Below, piece after piece: positions 58,464 through 64,000 of a DNA stretch of 64,000 bases (position 1 is its first letter; each line of letters begins with the position of its first letter). A program made the translations under genes and the position numbers. The DNA is from an uncultured virus (IMG/VR IMGVR_UViG_3300036770_002019) (lineage: Duplodnaviria; Heunggongvirae; Uroviricota; Caudoviricetes; Crassvirales): positions 22,683 to 86,682 of IMG/VR virus record IMGVR_UViG_3300036770_002019; one strand, given 5' to 3'. The notes beneath the pieces are model-generated. The model did not search any database. It worked only from the letters and a program-made list of their open reading frames with translations, and had not been told where the DNA came from.

Positions 58464-58579
58464 TGGTCAGGACAGGATTCGAACCTGTAAACCTACTCCC
58501 CATCTTCGGTTTTTTTACTCTAATGTTTGGAGTGGGGCTAACCACATTAGAGTGCGTCTACCAATTCCGCCACCTGACC
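58464..58579 (-). ncRNA. tRNA-like RNA lacking a canonical anticodon arm
   Basis: Perfect acceptor stem GGTCAGG/CCTGACC, Leu-type D arm, ACAGG-TTCGAAT-CCTGT T arm, 10-bp stem with a 17-nt loop in place of the anticodon arm. Confidence 0.75.
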
Positions 58580-58688
58580 GAAATAACCCTGGCAGTTTCT
58601 GCTGATCAAGCAGTCTTACCAGGGGTTGTTAACACTTATGCCTTGGGCTATTCATGCCAACTATAAGACCTCAGAATTTGAGCAGTTC

Positions 58689-58940
58689 TTATGGTATGCT
58701 TCGAGGTTCATCATCTAGATTAGAATCAACAAACTCTTCTAAAACTTTCGTAGCTTCAGATATAAACAAACTTAACTCATCTGAATCATATTTCACAGAT
58801 AAAATGTTATCTAATGATTTCTGAGTCTGTCTGAGATTATATTTGAGTTGATGTTTAAATCTAGTATCTCCATGAGTTTCATCTATAAGCTCTTGCAGTA
58901 AAAGACTTACTACAAATATCTTAACTTCTAAATTCCTCAT
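58689..58940 (-). CDS. Hypothetical protein
   Basis: ATG58940 preferred. Confidence 0.55.
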   Translation of the reverse strand: MRNLEVKIFVVSLLLQELIDETHGDTRFKHQLKYNLRQTQKSLDNILSVKYDSDELSLFISEATKVLEEFVDSNLDDEPRSIP

Positions 58941-59040
58941 CTTCCCTAAATTTATCACAATGTTCTAAACATTCTGAACAAATGTCTGTGTCCTCATAAA
59001 TTAATGCTCCACAGCAATTAGATACTACTTCACTACACAT
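58921..59040 (-). CDS. 39-aa Zn-finger microprotein (not in ORF track)
   Basis: MCSEVVSNCCGALIYEDTDICSECLEHCDKFREDEEFRS. Confidence 0.65.
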   Translation of the reverse strand: MCSEVVSNCCGALIYEDTDICSECLEHCDKFREDEEFRS

Positions 59041-59518
59041 AAATAGCTTCTGCTTTGTCAGTAAATACTTCTTTTACTATTGAATTGTCAACCTCATCGA
59101 ACTTCATCATAACCTTGACAACAGCTTCAAGCGCAGGAATTACCCCTTGATGACTTGCAACTGTCTCAAATGTGTATTCGATTTCAGCCAACTCATCAAT
59201 AGTAAACCCTGTAGTATTTACTAAAGCTTGTATTTGTAGTTGATGTTCTAAGCTGTAAATTGATAAGTCATTTCTTGTTTGTCCATTTTCCCCTGTAATA
59301 AATAAATTATTCCAAGCTGTAAACTCTACAGGACCGTATGGAGTCATAAACATATAGTTGTCTGCAGTTACAAAACCATCTCTTACGGAAAGTTTAATAC
59401 CACACGCAGCGGCAATAAGATTACCAACAGCACAAGCTGCACATGTACCATTAAGAAGTGTGTTTGAATTTAAGCTATCCAAGAAAATGTCAATAGCTCT
59501 TTGAACTCTTTCTGTCAT
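59033..59518 (-). CDS. Conserved hypothetical protein
   Basis: GTCAACAVGNLIA...TGFTIDELAEIE..FE. Confidence 0.65.
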   Translation of the reverse strand: MTERVQRAIDIFLDSLNSNTLLNGTCAACAVGNLIAAACGIKLSVRDGFVTADNYMFMTPYGPVEFTAWNNLFITGENGQTRNDLSIYSLEHQLQIQALVNTTGFTIDELAEIEYTFETVASHQGVIPALEAVVKVMMKFDEVDNSIVKEVFTDKAEAIYV

Positions 59519-59536
59519 TGTAATTAGTGTTAATTG

Positions 59537-59659
59537 TTAAAAACCTTGTTCTCTTTGATATGCATCCACAACAGTAGTTAGCATTGATTGCATAGTTGCC
59601 GGATCTGCAAGCAAACCCGTTTCTTCTGAGAGTGATAAATACATGTAAATGTCTATCAT
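59537..59659 (-). CDS. Putative 40-aa protein (not in ORF track)
   Basis: MIDIYMYLSLSEETGLLADPATMQSMLTTVVDAYQREQGF fills the gap on the coding strand. Confidence 0.35.
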   Translation of the reverse strand: MIDIYMYLSLSEETGLLADPATMQSMLTTVVDAYQREQGF

Positions 59660-59673
59660 CACCTCTTTTAAAG

Positions 59674-61551
59674 TTACTTCTCCCATGTTTTTGAGATGTT
59701 TGTGTCTGCTTTAAGCAAACCGTTAGTTATTATTTCATTTGCTGCTTCCTCCATTAGTTGAGTCATTTTAAGTTTCCATTCTTCTGCTATTTCAGTTAGA
59801 CAGATAGTATCAATTTGATCATGCACAGTCATGACTAACTTTACCCTATTTTTATACTTAGATTCAATTTCATCGAATATAAGATTGAGTGCAAGTTTAG
59901 TCATATCAGCACTAGCTCCTTGAATAGGGGTATTTTTAGATTGTCGTTCAATTTGAGATAAATCTGCAGGAGCAGTGTTATATCTATCCCAAGCACTGAA
60001 CCATCTTCTACGTTTAAACGGTTTAAATGTGCGTATATACCCATGCTGTTTCCCAAACCTCCCAAGCATTTCTAAGAATGCTTTGATACTTGGGAAAGCT
60101 TTAAAGTATTTCTCAATTAGCTCTGATGCATCATTGATTTTGATATCAAGAGTATCTGCAAGTTTGTGTGGACCCATACCATAAGCCAACCCAAAGTTAA
60201 TAGACTTAACTTGAGTCCTTAGCTTTTTGTGTTTAGGGCAATCACACTTTTGCTTAGACAATTGGTAAGCACAATCATTCTCAGCTGCTAGTGTCCACTC
60301 ATCTTGAAACACAAGTTCAGCACATACTGAATGAAGATCTTGATTGTTTTCAAGAGCATGTAAAAACACAGGATCTTTAGAACCATATGCAATTACGTTA
60401 AGCTCCTGAGAACTATAATCTGAGGATACAAATACCCAACCTTCAGGAGCAATAAAACAGTTCCTGTATTTGTTGTCAGCAGGTATCTGCTGCATGTTAG
60501 GTTCACTCGAAGATACTCTCCCTGTATCAAGAATCTGTTGAAAGTTTGTATGTACTTTGTTATCACACGATACAAACTTGAAAAAATTACTTCCATAAGC
60601 ATTAGATAATTTAGATTTTTCTTTGTAAGCTATGTATGAGTTAATGATATCATGCTTACGTCTGTACTTGTACAAATTCTTCCCATTAACATCTTCAAGA
60701 CTTGGGATTAAGAGTTTGAATAGTTTAAGAACTTGAGTTGGGGAATCCCAGTTAATGTTAGTTTTCCTTGTCTCTTCTTCAAACATATTCATTTGAACAG
60801 GTTGATGATATTTACTCAGCTTCTGATTAGCTAATACAAGAGAATCAAGGTGAAGTTGTGCTTCTTCTGCTTCACGAGTATTAATCAACGCTAAATCTGT
60901 CCATCTATCCCTATCAATATTTAATCCTTCATATTCAATCTCTGAAAAAACAACTACTGCTTTGTTCTCTAAACTAACTACCTCTTCTAATTCATAGTTA
61001 GATATTTGAGGTAATTGTTTAAGCATTATTTCAATGAGATATTCAACATCCTTAGCCCCATAATTAATTTGCTGATCTGAAAATGGTTGCCCATTCAAGT
61101 TAACAAATTGATTACGAGTATCTTTATTGAGAGTTATGTTTAGATATCTATTAACTAGTTTATCTAGACCATAACCATAATTATCTTTCCCACAATGTAA
61201 TATTTTCTCAACTAAATAAGTATCATAAATGTTACGAGTACTGATATTACCCCAATGCTTAATAAACTTGTAATCAAATTTAGCATTGTGAAATATTTTG
61301 ATAATGTCTTTTGACTCAAATACTTCTCTTAGAGGTTCAATGTTAATGTGTCTCGCATCAATAACAAACTGAGTATCCTTATCCCCAATCTGAAGCATCA
61401 ATAGCTTCTTACATGTGAAATCAAATCCTTCAGTTTCTGTATCTACAGCTAGAACTTGTTTAGTTTTGCAGTAATCAGCACATTCCTGAATTGTGCAAGT
61501 TTCAAATGTTTGAACTATTGATTGAGTCGTCGATATGAATTTGATTGGCAT
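59674..61551 (-). CDS. polA: DNA polymerase family A (3'-5' exonuclease plus polymerase)
   Basis: DTET, HNAKFD, TGRVSS.PNMQQIP, DYSSQE, KSINFGLAYG, NTPIQG, VHD. Confidence 0.95.
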   Translation of the reverse strand: MPIKFISTTQSIVQTFETCTIQECADYCKTKQVLAVDTETEGFDFTCKKLLMLQIGDKDTQFVIDARHINIEPLREVFESKDIIKIFHNAKFDYKFIKHWGNISTRNIYDTYLVEKILHCGKDNYGYGLDKLVNRYLNITLNKDTRNQFVNLNGQPFSDQQINYGAKDVEYLIEIMLKQLPQISNYELEEVVSLENKAVVVFSEIEYEGLNIDRDRWTDLALINTREAEEAQLHLDSLVLANQKLSKYHQPVQMNMFEEETRKTNINWDSPTQVLKLFKLLIPSLEDVNGKNLYKYRRKHDIINSYIAYKEKSKLSNAYGSNFFKFVSCDNKVHTNFQQILDTGRVSSSEPNMQQIPADNKYRNCFIAPEGWVFVSSDYSSQELNVIAYGSKDPVFLHALENNQDLHSVCAELVFQDEWTLAAENDCAYQLSKQKCDCPKHKKLRTQVKSINFGLAYGMGPHKLADTLDIKINDASELIEKYFKAFPSIKAFLEMLGRFGKQHGYIRTFKPFKRRRWFSAWDRYNTAPADLSQIERQSKNTPIQGASADMTKLALNLIFDEIESKYKNRVKLVMTVHDQIDTICLTEIAEEWKLKMTQLMEEAANEIITNGLLKADTNISKTWEK

Positions 61552-61705
61552 AATCTATAATAGCTTTTGCTTTGGCGGTGTGTATTAGATTGCTGTCAAA
61601 GATAAAATGTTCTTCCTCAGCATCCAAAGCTTGTTTATAACTATGTTCTAATTCTTGTATACGATTTTGCTGCATGAGCATGTATACATATTTCATTTGC
61701 CCCAT
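61502..61705 (-). CDS. Hypothetical protein
   Basis: ORF overlapping the PolA start. Confidence 0.5.
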   Translation of the reverse strand: MGQMKYVYMLMQQNRIQELEHSYKQALDAEEEHFIFDSNLIHTAKAKAIIDYANQIHIDDSINSSNI

Positions 61706-61729
61706 TATTGTAATATTTGAAATTAAAAT

Positions 61730-61768
61730 GAAAGCTCACCATCTGCCGTGCACAGACAATGAGCTTTC
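61730..61768 (-). terminator. Terminator-like hairpin
   Basis: GAAAGCTCA...TGAGCTTTC followed by ATTTT on the minus strand. Confidence 0.55.
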
Positions 61769-61804
61769 CCCTACAAACAGTTATGATGCACGGAATGAAG
61801 AGAC

Positions 61805-62377
61805 TTAGTTAAAAATCTCCCCAGTGTTCACATCAACTGTAGCCTGACGTGCATCAGACTGCAGAAGAATGTGATTTGCTTTGTCGAAACACACTCTCGT
61901 ATTTGAGAAGATGTATTTCCCCTGATGAGTAATATAAGCACCATCACGACCAGCACGCTTAGCTGCTGTTTCGATGTTAAGTGCTTGCCACTCAGTCGGA
62001 GTTGTAGTCTCTACGACTTCAATACGCAATGTATGCGTGTTGTCCCCAACTTGTACTTTAGGGTTAAGTACATTCAATGGAAGAACAGTTCTCCCCAACT
62101 CATCAACAATCCAATTCTGATTGTCTGACAAATCAATCCCCAACAATTTTGAGGCATCATCAGATTCAGCAGTCAACCACGCACGACGAGCACCACCTTG
62201 CGAAAAGCGATCATCAGACTTGTTGAAGATAGCCAACGGATTGTTAGCTGAAGATGTGTTAAGCACTTCTGCAAGTTCAAGCTGTAGTTTACCCCCAGCA
62301 ACTTTACGAGCGTTAACAAGAAGAGAATTTCCTGCAGTTAAGGTCTGCAAGTTACCTGTGTTCAATGCATTTTGCAT
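61805..62377 (-). CDS. Conserved phage protein, possibly nucleic-acid binding
   Basis: 190-aa ORF ending in VDVNTGEIFN. Confidence 0.65.
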   Translation of the reverse strand: MQNALNTGNLQTLTAGNSLLVNARKVAGGKLQLELAEVLNTSSANNPLAIFNKSDDRFSQGGARRAWLTAESDDASKLLGIDLSDNQNWIVDELGRTVLPLNVLNPKVQVGDNTHTLRIEVVETTTPTEWQALNIETAAKRAGRDGAYITHQGKYIFSNTRVCFDKANHILLQSDARQATVDVNTGEIFN

Positions 62378-62435
62378 GATTGATAAGGATTAAATGAAAA
62401 ATATGCACCCATTTTGAAGGCAGGGTGCTTCTCCT

Positions 62436-62630
62436 TTAGTTTAATAATGATTTAACAAAGTCTAACTCATCGTATGCTATATTTATGGCTTTATCCATAC
62501 ATAGATTGTTAGATACATACAAGTTGATAATGTAATTAAAGAACTTTGTCTCCCCATAGTTAAGGAAGTCATGTTCTTCAACTGACATACATGAGATAGC
62601 CTTCTCATGTATTGGGAGTAATGCAATCAT
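62436..62630 (-). CDS. Hypothetical protein
   Basis: Small ORF on the coding strand. Confidence 0.45.
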   Translation of the reverse strand: MIALLPIHEKAISCMSVEEHDFLNYGETKFFNYIINLYVSNNLCMDKAINIAYDELDFVKSLLN

Positions 62631-62659
62631 GATTATCTGTTTAATGATGAAACAAAAAA

Positions 62660-62749
62660 CAAACAGAGCTTGCTATGTATTTAATCAGTGCTTTCACCTA
62701 CTGATTATAACACATAGCTGAAATCATTTACTGATATTCGCTCTGTTTG
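62660..62749 (-). ncRNA. Candidate three-way-junction RNA
   Basis: Perfect stems CAAACAGAGC/GCTCTGTTTG, GCTATGT/ACATAGC and TAATCAGT/ACTGATTA. Confidence 0.5.
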
Positions 62750-62753
62750 AATA

Positions 62754-63092
62754 TTACCTACGTTGAACAATTACATATCTTTCATACGCATCATAGTACG
62801 TACTATCAGAGAATGTAATTTCATCTTTACCTTTTGGGATCATTTTGTCGGAGTTACGACCAATAATCCTAGAGTCTCCCCCAAAATTATTGACATAATC
62901 GTAGTAAGTATTTACTACGACTGTATCCCCAACCTTGTAGAAGTCAAATGTTGTTGTGCTATCATACATAATCTGAGTTATAAACCCAGTGTTTAATGAT
63001 TCAACAACATAAAATCTGTCTGTTTCTTCTGTTACCTGTGTACCACAAGAAGAAATTGCAAATGCTAGAATACCAAAGAAAATACGTTTCAT
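62754..63092 (-). CDS. Putative lipoprotein
   Basis: MKRIFFGILAFAISSC lipobox-type signal; ATG63092 preferred. Confidence 0.7.
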   Translation of the reverse strand: MKRIFFGILAFAISSCGTQVTEETDRFYVVESLNTGFITQIMYDSTTTFDFYKVGDTVVVNTYYDYVNNFGGDSRIIGRNSDKMIPKGKDEITFSDSTYYDAYERYVIVQRR

Positions 63093-63231
63093 GTTACAAT
63101 GATTTTTGTGTTTTACACCTAAAACTTTACGACCAAGCAATTCTAGGAGTGTAGTCTCCTGAGTTAAGCTATTAACTACATTATTGTAAAGAAACTGGTG
63201 CCCTCAACAACTTGGGAAGTTATTAAGTTTT

Positions 63232-63735
63232 TTAAAAGTTTTCTATGAATTTCTCAAAATGATACTCTTGAACGTTAGCTCTAAAAGTATAACTTGATTC
63301 TTCTAAATCCATTTTGTTTTCCTGGTTTTTGTAAATCATTGTTGTTCCATCACTTAGAGTTAATTCCCAAGTGTAAGAATACCAATAACTTCCTACAATA
63401 TACCATCCTCCTTTTTCAGATTCTTGATGTTTATCCCTTTTAATCAGTTTACTACTGACTATTGTAGGATATTCAAAATCTATGATGTCTTCTATATTGA
63501 AGTACAGGGTTTTTTCATTAACTAGTTTTCCTGTACCTTTTTGTAAACAACCTTTTAGACTATCAGGTAATTTGTTAAATAATTCTACTTGATTAGGTTG
63601 TCTAAAGTCTAAAAAAACTGATAAACGACCATCATAAATATGAACATTTATCCATTGGTCACTGAAATGATGTTCAAACTTATGGTTAACTAGACTAGAT
63701 AACCAATCTAGTATTTTTGATTTTAGTTTATCCAT
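63232..63735 (-). CDS. Hypothetical protein
   Basis: 167-aa ORF. Confidence 0.6.
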   Translation of the reverse strand: MDKLKSKILDWLSSLVNHKFEHHFSDQWINVHIYDGRLSVFLDFRQPNQVELFNKLPDSLKGCLQKGTGKLVNEKTLYFNIEDIIDFEYPTIVSSKLIKRDKHQESEKGGWYIVGSYWYSYTWELTLSDGTTMIYKNQENKMDLEESSYTFRANVQEYHFEKFIENF

Positions 63736-63869
63736 TTTTAGAAGGTTTATAGTTAATAAAAAAGGCAGAGAGCTGTATTACTACAACGAGTTACTGGTTT
63801 ATGTTAAAATCCAAGACTAAAAGATTTAAAGAAAAAGGTAACTCTACTCTCTGCTTTAATTATTCCCTC

Positions 63870-63967
63870 TGCACTCAGTTGTAATAGTGGTTGGGTTTGA
63901 CACACTTACAGGTACCACGACTTGACCTATTACAACTGCTCACCCTTGGGAAATGAGTTGTGGTGCA
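63870..63967 (-). ncRNA. Candidate structured RNA
   Basis: TGCAC/GTGCA closing stem, CTCA/TGAG hairpin, and a 12-bp CAGTTGTAATAG/CTATTACAACTG stem. Confidence 0.5.
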
Positions 63968-64000
63968 TTATGTGTCATACATTAAGATGTGTCAGTAATC

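Noticed and set aside
58303-58666. + strand ORFs of 100 and 67 aa
   Set aside because: They are antisense shadows of the tRNA and tRNA-like elements
1-64000. Stop-codon reassignment as in some crAss-like phages
   Set aside because: Genes up to 7.6 kb are intact in code 11 and tile densely; no suppressor tRNA was found

Overview
This 64-kb window looks like part of a crAss-like (Crassvirales-related, phi14:2-type) lytic phage of a Bacteroidota host, read in standard genetic code 11. The + strand (1-37284) carries tail fibre, lysis, ring, IHF-like and muzzle genes. These are followed by five large virion-ejected cargo proteins, including a 2544-aa virion RNA polymerase (DFDID motif) and a HExxH zincin protein. 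A bidirectional terminator at about 37.3 kb separates this from a - strand replication and early module: UNG, 5'-3' exonuclease, rIIA/rIIB, primase, Sak4-like ATPase, DnaB, SF2 helicase, MazG, PolA, two tRNAs and many small ORFs. Five observations stand out. (1) An integron-like array of attC-type hairpins at 57.1-58.2 kb whose cassette genes start inside the hairpins. (2) The three giant ejected proteins contain only four cysteines in about 6100 aa, all at adjoining termini, suggesting a head-to-tail linked chain. (3) A NADAR domain and a second foreign-looking module are inserted just after the RNAP catalytic motif. (4) A tRNA-mimic whose anticodon arm is replaced by possible kissing hairpins. 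(5) A cluster of structured intergenic RNAs near 62.6-64 kb. All calls come from reading motifs by eye; no database searches were run.
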